DNA of 64,000 nucleotides from Gammaproteobacteria bacterium (GTDB lineage: Bacteria; Pseudomonadota; Gammaproteobacteria; Ga0077536): contig JAJFJQ010000060.1 in the NCBI GenBank assembly GCA_021773835.1, forward strand, positions 8,540 through 72,539. Reading direction: 5' to 3'. A model generated the notes under the pieces. That model saw only the letters and a program-made list of their open reading frames with translations, made no database searches and was not told where the DNA came from. Each line of letters starts with the position of its first letter. The first letter of the stretch is position 1. This document shows, in pieces, positions 1-10,839 of this stretch. Position numbers and translations under genes: made by a program.

Positions 1-897
1 GCGCTTAGCATGCAGTAGAAATGAGGAATAAACGCCGGCATACCCCATTATCAAAGAGTCGCGATCGAGGCGAATGAGTTGGTCCATCAGTGGCACGATG
101 ACATCTTCGGCAACGTTCATGAGTTTGAAAACATCAACGCCAGTCGTCGCGCCCATTCGGTCGAGCACCGCATTAAATGCTTCAAGCGGTGTATTGCCGG
201 CGCCGGCGCCCAAGCCCGCAGCCGACCCGTCTATACGATTGGCGCCGGCTTCAACCGCGGCGAGCGAGTTTCCTACGCCCATAGCCAGATTGTGATGACC
301 GTGAAACCCTAACTCCGTGTCCGGTTTTAAGGCGTCGCGCAGGGTTGAAATTCTGGCGCTCACGTCATCCGGCAACATATAACCGGCTGAGTCCGTGCAG
401 TAGATGCAATTGGCACCGTAGCTTTCCATCAGCTTAGCCTGCGTCAGTAGATCTTCAGGCCCCGCCATGTGCGCCATCATTAAAAAGCCAACCGTATCGA
501 AGCCCATTTCCCGAGCCTTCATGATGTGCTGCTCGGAGACGTCGGCCTCCGTACAGTGTGTTGCAACACGAACAGTGTTGACCCCACAGTCTTTGATCAT
601 GTGCAAATGATCGACCGTGGCAATCCCCGGGATCAGTAGCGCCGAAATTTTAGCCTGCTTCATTTCGGGAATAACGGCTCGCAGATATTCTTCGTCGCTC
701 GCCGCCGGAAAGCCGTAGTTCACAGAGGCGCCGCCGAGACCGTCGCCATGGGTGACTTCAATAAGCGGCACTCCGGCATCATCGAGCGCACGCGCGACGG
801 CAACCATTTGTTCAGGTGTGATTTGGTGGGCCTTCGCATGCATGCCATCGCGCAACGACATGTCATGTAGGGTGACGTTTTTGCCTTCGAGATCCAT
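1..897 (-). CDS. dmpG: 4-hydroxy-2-oxovalerate aldolase (3' end runs off the window)
   Basis: Manual translation from ATG at 897 gives [25 protein letters not shown]...[11 protein letters not shown]; directly downstream of dmpF; absent from the ORF track because there is no stop in the window. Confidence 0.95.
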   Translation of the reverse strand, partial: MDLEGKNVTLHDMSLRDGMHAKAHQITPEQMVAVARALDDAGVPLIEVTHGDGLGGASVNYGFPAASDEEYLRAVIPEMKQAKISALLIPGIATVDHLHMIKDCGVNTVRVATHCTEADVSEQHIMKAREMGFDTVGFLMMAHMAGPEDLLTQAKLMESYGANCIYCTDSAGYMLPDDVSARISTLRDALKPDTELGFHGHHNLAMGVGNSLAAVEAGANRIDGSAAGLGAGAGNTPLEAFNAVLDRMGATTGVDVFKLMNVAEDVIVPLMDQLIRLDRDSLIMGYAGVYSSFLLHAKR

Positions 898-908
898 TGT
901 CGTTCTCC

Positions 909-1817
909 TTACGCGCTCGCGGCGGTCAATACCAAACTACCATCGAGGATCTCCTCGGCAAACATCTCCGCCGTGCGTAGTGCTGCGGCGGTCATGATGT
1001 CGAGATTGCCGGCGTACTTCGGGAGATAATCTCCAAGCCCCTCGACCTCAAGAAAAATTGAGACGCGTTTGCCATCGAACACTGGTCCGTTTTTCAATCG
1101 ATAGCCGGGCACGTATTTTTGTACTTCGGCGATCATCGCGTGGACCGATTGCGTGATCGCAGCCTCATCGGGTTTGTCTTGCGTTAGGCAGTGCACCGTA
1201 TCGCGCATAATCAATGGCGGTTCTGCGGGATTCAAAATGATGATCGCCTTACCTTGCTTCGCACCACCGATCTGCTCGACCGCACCGGCAGTGGTGCGCG
1301 TAAATTCATCGATGTTCTTACGCGTCCCAGGGCCCGCCGACTTACTCGCCACGGTGGCAATAATCTCGCCGTAATCGACCGCTTGGATCCGAGACACCGC
1401 AGCCACCATCGGGATCGTCGCCTGACCGCCACAAGTCACCATATTGACATTCATTACCTGCTTGCCGACGTGTTCGGCCAGATTCACCGGAGGGATACAA
1501 TACGGCCCAATCGCAGCGGGCGTTAGATCGATCGTCAATACGCCATGGGCGGCGAGCTTGGCTGCGTTTTCCGGGTGAACGTAGGCTGAGGTCGCATCAA
1601 AGGCAATCTTGATGTCGTCGCGCTCGATCGCGCCGAGCAGTCCATCAATCCCCTCATGGGTCGTATTAAGGCCGGCCGCGGCCGCTTGTTTTAGGCCGTC
1701 CGAATCCGCTTCGATCCCAACCATCCATTTCGGATTGATGTGGTCACTGCGTAAGGCCTTAATCATGAGATCGGTGCCGATGTTGCCGGAACCAATGAGT
1801 GCTGCATTAACTTTCAC
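909..1817 (-). CDS. dmpF: acetaldehyde dehydrogenase (acylating)
   Basis: [22 protein letters not shown] and YAGNLDIMT motifs; GTG start at 1817 behind a GGAGG RBS. Confidence 0.95.
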   Translation of the reverse strand: MKVNAALIGSGNIGTDLMIKALRSDHINPKWMVGIEADSDGLKQAAAAGLNTTHEGIDGLLGAIERDDIKIAFDATSAYVHPENAAKLAAHGVLTIDLTPAAIGPYCIPPVNLAEHVGKQVMNVNMVTCGGQATIPMVAAVSRIQAVDYGEIIATVASKSAGPGTRKNIDEFTRTTAGAVEQIGGAKQGKAIIILNPAEPPLIMRDTVHCLTQDKPDEAAITQSVHAMIAEVQKYVPGYRLKNGPVFDGKRVSIFLEVEGLGDYLPKYAGNLDIMTAAALRTAEMFAEEILDGSLVLTAASA

Positions 1818-1853
1818 GACAGCCTCCAATCGATAATAGGTTTGTTGTTGATT

Positions 1854-2645
1854 TCAAACGAAGCGGACGGACGCTTGCCCGATCCCTCCGATTTCCATAT
1901 GCATAGCATCGCCTGCTTGGACGCTCTGCAAAGGCACTAGCGAGCCGGATAGAATCACTTCTCCAGCCTTCAGTTCAATACCGAATGCGCCGAGCGTATT
2001 CGCCAGCCACGCAATCGCATTAACCGGCGATCCCATCGCCGCGGCTCCGGCGCCGGTCGATATAATCTCGCCGTTGAGTGTCACCACAATACCGCAGGTG
2101 GCGAGGTCAACATCCAATGGGCTAACTGCCGTATCACCCAGAACGATCACGCCACACGATGCGTTATCTGCCACGGTGTCTTGAATTTTGATTTTCCAAT
2201 CGCGGATCCGAGAGTCCACAATCTCGAAACACGGCATGACAAAATCGGTCGCAGCCACCACATCGGCATTGGTCACGCCCGGTCCTTGCAAGTCTTGCTT
2301 CAAGACAAATGCGATCTCGCCTTCAGCCTTTGGCTGGATCAGGGTTGTGCTGGCCGGCACCTCTGCGCTATTACCGTAGACCATGGTATCGGTCAAAAAG
2401 CCAAAGTCGGGCTGACGCACGTTGAGCATGTCCATCACGACTTTACTGGTTACCCCGATCTTCTTTCCGATCATCGATTCGCCCGCGCCTAGGCGTCGCT
2501 CAAGCATCCGCAACGACACCTGATAGGCGTCTTCGATCGTGATCTCTGGTGCCTGTTCGGACAGCGGCTCGATAGTCGTGCGCGAACACATCGCATCAAA
2601 GAGTGCGTCACCAAAACCTGCAATTTTCTCTTTATCTAATGCCAT
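1854..2645 (-). CDS. dmpE: 2-oxopent-4-enoate (2-keto-4-pentenoate) hydratase
   Basis: GKKIGVTS, QPDFG, EIVDSRI, DTVADNAS motifs of the FAH-fold hydratases; lies between dmpC and dmpF. Confidence 0.92.
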   Translation of the reverse strand: MALDKEKIAGFGDALFDAMCSRTTIEPLSEQAPEITIEDAYQVSLRMLERRLGAGESMIGKKIGVTSKVVMDMLNVRQPDFGFLTDTMVYGNSAEVPASTTLIQPKAEGEIAFVLKQDLQGPGVTNADVVAATDFVMPCFEIVDSRIRDWKIKIQDTVADNASCGVIVLGDTAVSPLDVDLATCGIVVTLNGEIISTGAGAAAMGSPVNAIAWLANTLGAFGIELKAGEVILSGSLVPLQSVQAGDAMHMEIGGIGQASVRFV

Positions 2646-2660
2646 ATTCGTTGCCGCGAT

Positions 2661-4157
2661 TTAAAGTTTTAAGCACACATTACGTAATTCGGTATAGAAC
2701 TCCAGTGAGTGTACCCCACCCTCACGTCCTATCCCCGATTGCTTCGCACCACCGAACGAGGTGCGCAGATCACGCAGGAACCAGCAGTTAACCCAGGTGA
2801 TGCCGACTTCGATTTTCTCTGCAACCCGATGCGCACGCGACGCATTAGTCGTCCAGATTGCGGTAGCCAAGCCGTACCTCGTATCGTTGGCAAGCCGGAT
2901 CGCTTCATCTTCGGTATCGAAGGGCTGGATATGGCAACAGGGACCGAATATCTCCTCTTTAATTATCGGAGAGTCCTCCGGCAGCCCAGTCCAGATCGTC
3001 GGCTCAACCCAAAATCCATCGGCAACGGCGGGCGGCATATCCGGTATACCACCGCCGGTAATAATCGTGGCGCCAAGCTCACGCGCCCTGTCGTAATACG
3101 ACAGTACTTTTTCCCGTTGCTGTCGACTCACCATGGGGCCCATCCCCGTTGCCTCATCACTGGGGATACCGATCGTCATGCCTTCGGCGCGAGCCTTTAG
3201 CCCTGCTACAAATTCATCGAAGATCGAACGTTCAACATAAACCCGTTCCGTGCCAAGACACACTTGCCCGCAGTTGGCGAAAACTGATCGAGCAGTACCT
3301 TCCAAGGCTTGTTCCATGTCGCAATCGGCAAACACAAGCCCAGCATTCTTACCCCCGAGTTCAAATGAGACATCGCGAATGCCAACCGCAGCGTTTTTCA
3401 TAATTGCGGTCCCGGTGACCGTCTCACCGGTAAACGTAATGGCGTCGATTCCAGGATGGCGCGTCAGGTACTCCCCCGTCGAGTCCGTACCAAAACCATT
3501 GATGACATTGAACACCCCTGCCGGCATCCCGACTTCGTTCATCACCTCACCCAGCAAGGTCGTGGTCGACGGTGTTTCTTCAGACGGCTTCACCACCACA
3601 GTGTTGCCGCACGCAAGTGCCGGACCGACCTTCCAAGTCATCAATAACAATGGCAAATTCCACGGCGATATAACCGCGATAACACCCTTCGGCAAACGTA
3701 CGCCATAGTTCAAGGCGCCTGCCCCGTCTGGGGTTTCCATGCGAAAGGCCTCGGTTGGTACGTTTCGGATCACGTCGGCGAAGATCTTAAAATTCGCCGC
3801 ACCACGCGGAATGTCGATATGACGCGCAAGCGAATAAGGTTTGCCCGTATCGCGACACTCGGCCTCGAGAAATTCGTCAAAGCGCTCGTTGATCCGGTCG
3901 GCAACCTTGTATAGGAGGTTAACCCGCGCATCAACGGTGAGCCTACCCCACTCGCCGCGATAGGCGTCCGCGGCCGCATTTACGGCCGCATCAACATCCT
4001 GTTCGGTTGCTTCGTGGACAATTGCGAACACTTCACCAGTAACTGGATCGATGTTGTCGAACGTTTTATTTGCCGATGACGCAACATACCGACCGTCGAT
4101 AAAGTTTTTTATTTCAATAAGCGTCGATTGCGCTGCAGATGATGCTTGTGATGACAT
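2661..4157 (-). CDS. dmpC: 2-hydroxymuconate semialdehyde dehydrogenase
   Basis: ALDH motifs PWNLPLLLMTWK, ELGGKN, GQVCLGTER, WFLRDLRTSFGG typical of DmpC/XylG. Confidence 0.95.
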   Translation of the reverse strand: MSSQASSAAQSTLIEIKNFIDGRYVASSANKTFDNIDPVTGEVFAIVHEATEQDVDAAVNAAADAYRGEWGRLTVDARVNLLYKVADRINERFDEFLEAECRDTGKPYSLARHIDIPRGAANFKIFADVIRNVPTEAFRMETPDGAGALNYGVRLPKGVIAVISPWNLPLLLMTWKVGPALACGNTVVVKPSEETPSTTTLLGEVMNEVGMPAGVFNVINGFGTDSTGEYLTRHPGIDAITFTGETVTGTAIMKNAAVGIRDVSFELGGKNAGLVFADCDMEQALEGTARSVFANCGQVCLGTERVYVERSIFDEFVAGLKARAEGMTIGIPSDEATGMGPMVSRQQREKVLSYYDRARELGATIITGGGIPDMPPAVADGFWVEPTIWTGLPEDSPIIKEEIFGPCCHIQPFDTEDEAIRLANDTRYGLATAIWTTNASRAHRVAEKIEVGITWVNCWFLRDLRTSFGGAKQSGIGREGGVHSLEFYTELRNVCLKL

Positions 4158-4188
4158 GATTTACTCGCCTGTTTGCTCGCTAGCTTAG

Positions 4189-4998
4189 TTACGCCGCCTT
4201 CGAGCCTCGTTCTTTCAGTAGCGCCTGAATTTTACGCCAAGCCGGTTCACCACGCTGGCGCAGGTCATTGAGCTTGGCGTCGGTAAAATCTGCACTCACG
4301 GCACTTTCATAGGAATCCCGCGAGCGACAGCGTGCGTACCAGTCGGCCACATTTGGACGACTTTCATACCAATCACGCCAGCCAAATTGGTACGGCGTTT
4401 GAAAGTAAGGCGCCATGGCGGCGTCGGCAAGCGAAAACTCATCTCCCGCTATCCATTTTTGCGACGCAAGCACTACTTCTAGGTCGCTGATGGTCTTTTC
4501 GTACACACCAACCCCATCGATGACATCCGGTGCGTCATAGCCCATTTTCAATAGCCGCGTTTGACGTTCGCGCCGTGGTTTCTCCGGCACCGTGGCCATG
4601 ATCCGGTCCTGCTCTTCCTGTGGCAGCAATTTCAATTTATCTGCCATGACCAACGGCCACTGCAGTGCGCCGCAAGAAGGATGCAATTTATTGTCAATGT
4701 GTTTCATCCAATTTCGCATTGAGGCGATTTGATGCGGTTCGGTAGGCCGCATCCGCGGCTCGGGATAACGATCTTCGAGATATTCACAAATGGTCGACGA
4801 TTCGATGACGGGCTTGCCGTCTTCCACCAAAGTTGGCACTACGCCGGCGGGATTAAGTTTTAGGTAATCCGCGGACAGATTCGCTTTGCTTGGCAGATCG
4901 AGATCGATCTTGTCCCACGGTAAGCCTTTTTCCGCTAAAACAATCCGCACCTTCTGCGAACACGGGGACATCGGGTGGGTGTAGAGTTGTAGTCCCAT
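4189..4998 (-). CDS. glutathione S-transferase family protein
   Basis: SPCSQKVR N-terminus, LNPAGVVPTL, ESSTICEYL, FSLAD motifs. Confidence 0.9.
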   Translation of the reverse strand: MGLQLYTHPMSPCSQKVRIVLAEKGLPWDKIDLDLPSKANLSADYLKLNPAGVVPTLVEDGKPVIESSTICEYLEDRYPEPRMRPTEPHQIASMRNWMKHIDNKLHPSCGALQWPLVMADKLKLLPQEEQDRIMATVPEKPRRERQTRLLKMGYDAPDVIDGVGVYEKTISDLEVVLASQKWIAGDEFSLADAAMAPYFQTPYQFGWRDWYESRPNVADWYARCRSRDSYESAVSADFTDAKLNDLRQRGEPAWRKIQALLKERGSKAA

Positions 4999-5071
4999 AG
5001 GGAGACGCTCCTTCAGCGCTGCCGAGCTTGCAACCTGCCATCCGAGGCGTGAAGTGGGCTTAATCGCAGTT

Positions 5072-5143
5072 AATAATTCGATGTACTGCCGGCATTATAT
5101 CGAGATAATTCAAAAAATCGATATTTTTCTTTTTTATCGATAC
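5072..5143. promoter_or_regulatory. array of four AT-flanked TCGA-core near-palindromes, putative GntR operators
   Basis: TCGA cores at 5078, 5100, 5118 and 5137 (e.g. ATTATATCGAGATAAT, AAAAAATCGATATTTTT) in the divergent GST/GntR intergenic region. Confidence 0.5.
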
Positions 5144-5210
5144 TCTTCAACATTGACGGCCGGCCTGATATTCTCCTCGAGCACCTTTTCAGCCGAGTTC
5201 CATCTCCTAT

Positions 5211-5885
5211 ATGGCCAAACAAAACGCCAAGACGCTCAGCGAATCAGCCTATGACGCACTGCGTGACGACATTATCCGCGGCCGACTGGAGCCCGAGTCG
5301 AAACTCCGGATCGAGGAATTGCGCCAGTACTATAGTACGGGTGCGAGTCCGCTACGCGAAGCGCTCAATCGCCTTGCCGGAGAAGGATTCGTGACCATGG
5401 AAGGCCAGCGCGGATTCCGGGTCGCGCCATTATCGACCAAGGACTTGAGCGACATCACCCGGCTACGGATCATGCTGGAATGTGAAGCTATCCGTGAAAG
5501 CATGCGTAACGGTGACGATGAATGGGAGGCGGCGGTGGTTGCAGCATCGCACCGCTTGGCCAAAGTCGAATCCGGCGACAAATTGTTTCCCGAATGGGAG
5601 CTCCGCAACCAAGAGTTCCATGAAGCTTTGATCGCAGCCTGTGACTCCGCCTGGTTGCTAAAATTTCGACGTACGCTCTATGAACAACACAAACGCTACC
5701 GCTTGATATCGATACTCGAACACGATCCAAAGCGCGATGTACGTGCCGAACACGAAGCCATCCTGAACGCCGTGCTCGCGCGCGATGAATCAGGTGCCTG
5801 TGCTGCAACCCAGACCCATATCATGCGAACGGTGGAAATTACCGAGCAAGCATTTGCTCATTTGCAATCATCTGCCGAGGAGTAG
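5211..5885 (+). CDS. GntR/FCD family transcriptional regulator (AphS/BphS-like)
   Basis: N-terminal wHTH (LRIEELRQYYSTGASPLREAL, QRGFRV) and FCD C-terminus (EFHEALI, EHEAIL); divergent from the meta-cleavage operon. Confidence 0.9.
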   Translation: MAKQNAKTLSESAYDALRDDIIRGRLEPESKLRIEELRQYYSTGASPLREALNRLAGEGFVTMEGQRGFRVAPLSTKDLSDITRLRIMLECEAIRESMRNGDDEWEAAVVAASHRLAKVESGDKLFPEWELRNQEFHEALIAACDSAWLLKFRRTLYEQHKRYRLISILEHDPKRDVRAEHEAILNAVLARDESGACAATQTHIMRTVEITEQAFAHLQSSAEE

Positions 5886-5907
5886 CGACGAGATCACGAT
5901 AACCAAC

Positions 5908-6040
5908 CTCATACCGGGTTCGACTCAGTATCCAGTCGACATTCGATCGTCCGGCGTAACTAATTCGCCACGATGGATCCCGGCCTACGCCGGAATGACG
6001 GCGGATTAATAACGTCATACCGGGCTTGACCCGGTATCCA
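5908..6040. repeat. REP/BIME-like cluster of three ~28-bp palindromic units
   Basis: CTCATACCGGGTTCGACTCAGTATCCA (5908), ATGGATCCCGGCCTACGCCGGAATGACG (5973, inverted type), CGTCATACCGGGCTTGACCCGGTATCCA (6013). Confidence 0.85.
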
Positions 6041-6087
6041 TTTAGCCTGACCGCGACAGTCGAAAAATTGCTAGTCGATGTCGTTAT

Positions 6088-7275
6088 CTAGCAGGCTTCG
6101 AATAATCCAGCCGCACCCATGCCCTTACCAATACACATCGACACGAGACCGAGTTTCTTCTTCCTCCGCCGCAATTCACGAATGGCAACTCCCGTCACCC
6201 GCGACCCAGTCATGCCGAACGGATGACCGATCGAAATTGAACCGCCGTTAACGTTATAGATGTCATTATCAATGCCGAGGGCATCACGACAATATAGGCA
6301 CTGCGAGGCGAACGCCTCGTTCAGTTCGACGAGATCGATGTCATCGAGACTCAGATTTTTGTATTGAAGCAAACGCGGTATCGCAAACACGGGGCCTATT
6401 CCCATTTCGTCAGGCTCACATCCGGCGACCGCAAAACCGCGGAAATATGCCAGCGGCTCGAGACCGAGTTGCTCGGCGCGGCGTTCGGACATCAACAGCG
6501 TCATTGAAGCGCCATCGGACAATTGTGACGCGTTGCCGGCGGTTACCGAGCCACCCTCTTCAAATGCCGGTCTAAGTTTTGCCAGACCTTCAAGCGTGGT
6601 CTCTGGTCGATTACATTCATCACGGTCGACCGTACCTTCGACGATCGCCGTTTCCTTGGTTTCCTTATTCATCATCTTGAGCCACTTGACGGTCATCGGT
6701 GCAATTTCGTCCTGCACGTAGCCCGCCTCGGCCGCAGCGGCATAGCGCTGCTGGCTTTGAAGCGCAAACTCGTCTTGTGCTTCTCGTGTGACCTTGTAGC
6801 GCCGGGCGACAACTTCCGCTGTATTGCCCATCAACATGAAGATATCCGGCTTGTTTGCTTCCAAGGTCGGATTGTTATCAAACTCGGCGGGCTTACCACG
6901 TTCAAGTCCGGTAATGGATTCAACGCCGCCGGCGATAGCAATTTCGCTGCACCCGCTCGCAATCTGCGTTGCCGCAACGGAGATCGCATTCAGCCCGGAC
7001 GAACACGCCCTGCTCAAAGTCATTGCCGAGACGCTTATTGGCAGCTTCGACAACGCGACCGAATGTCGCGCCATATTCGCCGATTGCTCGCCAATCTGGC
7101 GTGCGCAGCCGAGAACAACGTCTTCAACCTCATCCGGCGCGAACGCTGGATTCCGCTCCAGCAACGCATCGATGCAATGCGCCACCAGATCGTCGGCTCG
7201 GGTTAAGTTGAACGTACCGCGATGCGATTTGGCAAGACCGGTGCGAATGTTATCGACGATAACGACTTGGCTCAT
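6088..7275 (-). CDS. acetyl-CoA acyltransferase (thiolase)
   Basis: Catalytic RACSSGL, NEAFA, GHPFG and CIGKGMG motifs. Confidence 0.95.
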   Translation of the reverse strand: MSQVVIVDNIRTGLAKSHRGTFNLTRADDLVAHCIDALLERNPAFAPDEVEDVVLGCARQIGEQSANMARHSVALSKLPISVSAMTLSRACSSGLNAISVAATQIASGCSEIAIAGGVESITGLERGKPAEFDNNPTLEANKPDIFMLMGNTAEVVARRYKVTREAQDEFALQSQQRYAAAAEAGYVQDEIAPMTVKWLKMMNKETKETAIVEGTVDRDECNRPETTLEGLAKLRPAFEEGGSVTAGNASQLSDGASMTLLMSERRAEQLGLEPLAYFRGFAVAGCEPDEMGIGPVFAIPRLLQYKNLSLDDIDLVELNEAFASQCLYCRDALGIDNDIYNVNGGSISIGHPFGMTGSRVTGVAIRELRRRKKKLGLVSMCIGKGMGAAGLFEAC

Positions 7276-7508
7276 GGTGATGCGACTCCAATTTGGTATT
7301 TATGACACGGGATCATGGGACAAACGCTGACTTCGGACAAGGCGCAACAGTAATCGTTCGATTGACAATCTAGGTATTGATCTACGAGGCATTGTCGCTC
7401 GCGCAGCTCGTGCCGCAAAACCGATTCCGCCGGAGTCCGTTCTCGCCATTAATGCCCGATCAATTCCGAGCATGGCTTAATTGCCTACTGAGTGCTGCTG
7501 ATGCGTCG

Positions 7509-7856
7509 TTATTTCTTACGGTGCGCGGTGGCAACAGTTTGGCGCCACACTTTGCCGTTTCTCATGATGAACGTATCGGTTCCAAAGTCGAAAACATACT
7601 TTTCCGACTCTGCAGTCCAGGTGATGTAAACCATATCATCGCTGGCTTGATTGTCGATGAGATCGAAACGGCTACCCGCAGGCAGCCAATCGTTCAGCCA
7701 TAACGTAAAAAATTCGCGTGCGCCCGCCAAGCCGGTGAATTGCTTATCGCCATACATCATTACGCTGTCTTCGCTATAGTCGCTGAGGATCCCCTCCATA
7801 TCGCCGTTGCCAAACACTTCCAGATGATGGGCAAATATGTCCGCTGCTGCACTCAT
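7509..7856 (-). CDS. SnoaL-like / NTF2 family protein
   Basis: HHLEVFGNGDMEGILSDYSEDSV and GTDTFIMRNGKVWRQT pattern. Confidence 0.8.
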   Translation of the reverse strand: MSAAADIFAHHLEVFGNGDMEGILSDYSEDSVMMYGDKQFTGLAGAREFFTLWLNDWLPAGSRFDLIDNQASDDMVYITWTAESEKYVFDFGTDTFIMRNGKVWRQTVATAHRKK

Positions 7857-7990
7857 GGTTCACTCCCGAAGATTGGATTGACGCAAAATATGCGAATATC
7901 TACTGCTTAAGTTGTAGGAATGGCGCCGCTCACCGTGCTCAATACTGCGCGCGGAGATCCCACCAAAGCTGACGCGCGGCGAATTCGCTG

Positions 7991-9004
7991 TTAGCGAAAA
8001 TGCGGCATCACAGCGCTGGCAAATAGTTCGAGATACTTGTCCATCTGCGCTGCGGGCATTCCCGGTGGAACGGTCCACGTATAGTAACGCTCAATGCCGG
8101 TGGCTTCGACATAGGCACCAATTGCATCGACGGCGGCTTGCGGCGTCAACACTTGCAGCATGCCGGATTCGCGCAACTGCTGTTCATTGTTTGTTTCCGG
8201 GTACGGCGTTTGGCCGGCTTCTTTCAACCACACGTTGTACATCTGCATCTGATAGATAATGTACGGCGCGACTTCGGCGAATGTCTCGCGCGGATTATTC
8301 GACACGATAAGCCAAAAATGACCGCCAGCAAGACGCCCCGCGTGTTCCTTGCCAAGCCGTTTCAGCTCTTCGCGATACACCGGCACCAACGCGGACATGT
8401 CGCCGGTGCCAATAAAACCATCGCCGAGCCGCGCGGCCCGCTTCGCGGCGGCTGCCGCGAAGCCACCGACCCATAACGGTGGGCGCGGCTGCTGTACCGG
8501 CATTGGTGCAAGTTTCGCACCCTTGACCGTGTAATGCTTACCATTGAAGTCGAGCGTTTCACCCGCCCACAATCGACGGATTATTTCTAAGCCCTCGTTA
8601 ATGCGTCCGGCGCGATCTCGTCGACTCAGCCCAAGACCTTCAAACTCCTGCGGTCGATAGCCAATCCCTACGCCAAGCTCAAATCGTCCATTGGAAAGAA
8701 TATCAATCGTGGCGCCGTCTTCGGCAACCCGGACCGCATCATGCAACGGTAGAAGGAGGACCGCAGTCCCAATGCGAATGGTCTTCGTCCGCACAGCAAC
8801 CGCGGCCGCCAGCGGCAATATCGACGGTGCATGACCGTCTTCACAAAAATGATGCTCGGTTAGCCACACATCGTCGTAGCCAATCGTTTCCGCCCAGGCT
8901 ATCTGGTCGAGGGTTTCCGCGTAGATTTCTCGGTCCGGACGATGCCAAGCCAGTGGGTTACGTAGGGAATACCACAACCCGAACTTAAGCTTAGGAACGC
9001 TCAT
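7991..9004 (-). CDS. LLM class flavin-dependent oxidoreductase
   Basis: VWLTEHHF, LLPLHDAVRVAED, SNGRFELGVGIGY; start placed at MSVPKLKFG. Confidence 0.92.
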   Translation of the reverse strand: MSVPKLKFGLWYSLRNPLAWHRPDREIYAETLDQIAWAETIGYDDVWLTEHHFCEDGHAPSILPLAAAVAVRTKTIRIGTAVLLLPLHDAVRVAEDGATIDILSNGRFELGVGIGYRPQEFEGLGLSRRDRAGRINEGLEIIRRLWAGETLDFNGKHYTVKGAKLAPMPVQQPRPPLWVGGFAAAAAKRAARLGDGFIGTGDMSALVPVYREELKRLGKEHAGRLAGGHFWLIVSNNPRETFAEVAPYIIYQMQMYNVWLKEAGQTPYPETNNEQQLRESGMLQVLTPQAAVDAIGAYVEATGIERYYTWTVPPGMPAAQMDKYLELFASAVMPHFR

Positions 9005-9399
9005 AAGGTCTGCCTGCGCCACATCGATCCAAACATCACCATGCACGAAGCACACAGCAGAGGTGTCGCTGGCACAGCGATCACTTGCACACTCCGTTGC
9101 AGCACGTGCTCGCCACCGTTTCGATCATTGACCATTGCATTGAATCGCCCTTGAAAACGCGCGCTAATCGGACATATCACCTTACCAAACATACCAATCG
9201 TAGTCGCGGCGGTGGCCATGTCGAAGGTGTCGCTGCTAGAAAGTGTCGGCGCTACCCCAAACCGTGTAATTCGATCTGCTCCATTCAACAAGTGATCGTT
9301 CGCAACCTGTGTCAAATCTTGGCCCAAATCATTAAGCTTCACTCCAACCGGGTTCTTTCGAGCAATAATCAGACTCAAATTAGCGGAGGAAGTAGGCAC

Positions 9400-10803
9400 A
9401 TGAGTGATGATCTCGCCCTGTTGTCGGCCACTAAGCTGGTCAAACTATTTCGCCGGCGCAAAGCCTCACCAATTGAAGCCTTGCATGCGGTGTTGGCGCG
9501 GATAGACCGCCTTAACCCTACGCTCAATGCGTTTCAATTCCTTGATCACGACGGTGCGCTGAAGGCGGCTAAAGCGTCCGAGAAGCGATGGAAAAAAGGC
9601 AAACCACGCGGTCCCGTCGACGGCGTCCCGACCACCATCAAGGACACCCTCATCACTATCGGCATGCCGACGGTCTATGGCACTCGGGCAAACGATCCGA
9701 AAGGCCCGTGGACACAGGATGCACCATGCGCAGCTTCGTTGCGCGATGCCGGCGCCGTGATTTTCGGCAAGACAACCACGCCCGAATACGGTTTCAAAGG
9801 CGTCACGGATTCTCCGCTTTATGGGACCACTCGAAACCCTTGGAATACCGATCACACACCCGGTGGGTCCTCGGGCGGTTCTGCCACTGCGCTGGCCAGT
9901 GGTATGTCTACCTTGTCGGTCGGCACCGATGCGGCGGGATCGGTACGGATCCCGGCTTCGTTTACCGGGCTCGCCACCATCAAGACGACGTTCGGACGCG
10001 TGCCGGCCTATCCCCCTAGCGCACAAGGCACCTTGGCGAATGTTGGCCCGATGGCGCGTAATGTCGCCGATGTCGCATTGATGATGAACGTGATCACCCG
10101 GCCTGATCCACGGGAATGGTGGAGCCTGCCCGATGATGGCGTGGATTACGTCAAGGCACTAAAGGGAAAAATAAAGGGGCTCAAAATCGCCTATTCACCG
10201 GATCTCGGCTTCGTCAAAAACATCGACCCCGAAGTAGCGAAAGCGGTCGCCAAGGCGGTCAAAACCTTCCGCCGCCTTGGCGCAAAGGTCACCGAAATTA
10301 ACCCCCAGTTGCCCGATCTGACCGAACCGCTTGACACCTTGTGGCAGGGCAACGCATCGGTGTTATTGGAACACTTCAGCCCAGAACAACGCGGGCTCAT
10401 GGACCCAGGCTTGCTCCGCGCAGCGGCGTTGGGTGCCAAGCAGAGTCAAAAGGATTACGTCGTGGCCAACCAACGGCGTGCGGAGATGGGCGTCATGGTC
10501 AATGAGCTGTTCTGTCAATACGATTTGCTGTTGACCCCAACGATGCCGATGCCGGCATTTAAGGTCGGACTTGATACGCCGAATGGCGGAGACGACGTCA
10601 GCCTGGCATGGACGCCGTTCACGTTCACCTTCAACCTCAGTCGTAACCCAGCTGCCTCGATCCCCTGTGGATTGACCAAGGCGGGTCTACCGATCGGTTT
10701 GCAGATCGTCGGCGCGCATTATGCCGATGCGCTGTTGCTCCGTGCAGCCTATGCCTTCGAACGGGAAGTCGGTGTATTTATCCCACCGATGGCGTCAAGC
10801 TAG
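9400..10803 (+). CDS. amidase signature family enzyme
   Basis: TIKD, PGGSSGGS, GTDAAGSVRIPAS (Ser-cisSer-Lys triad); ATG at 9400 behind GGAGG. Confidence 0.93.
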   Translation: MSDDLALLSATKLVKLFRRRKASPIEALHAVLARIDRLNPTLNAFQFLDHDGALKAAKASEKRWKKGKPRGPVDGVPTTIKDTLITIGMPTVYGTRANDPKGPWTQDAPCAASLRDAGAVIFGKTTTPEYGFKGVTDSPLYGTTRNPWNTDHTPGGSSGGSATALASGMSTLSVGTDAAGSVRIPASFTGLATIKTTFGRVPAYPPSAQGTLANVGPMARNVADVALMMNVITRPDPREWWSLPDDGVDYVKALKGKIKGLKIAYSPDLGFVKNIDPEVAKAVAKAVKTFRRLGAKVTEINPQLPDLTEPLDTLWQGNASVLLEHFSPEQRGLMDPGLLRAAALGAKQSQKDYVVANQRRAEMGVMVNELFCQYDLLLTPTMPMPAFKVGLDTPNGGDDVSLAWTPFTFTFNLSRNPAASIPCGLTKAGLPIGLQIVGAHYADALLLRAAYAFEREVGVFIPPMASS

Positions 10804-10839
10804 CGGCGTTACCGGAGTATTGCGGCTCGCTAAATAGCG

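Noticed and set aside
5908-6040. Possible CRISPR mini-array (also 27380-27573)
   Set aside because: Only three units, alternating orientation, irregular spacers and no cas genes; fits REP/BIME.
9085-9399. 105-aa N-terminal extension of the amidase ORF
   Set aside because: No family similarity; ATG at 9400 has an RBS and matches normal amidase starts.
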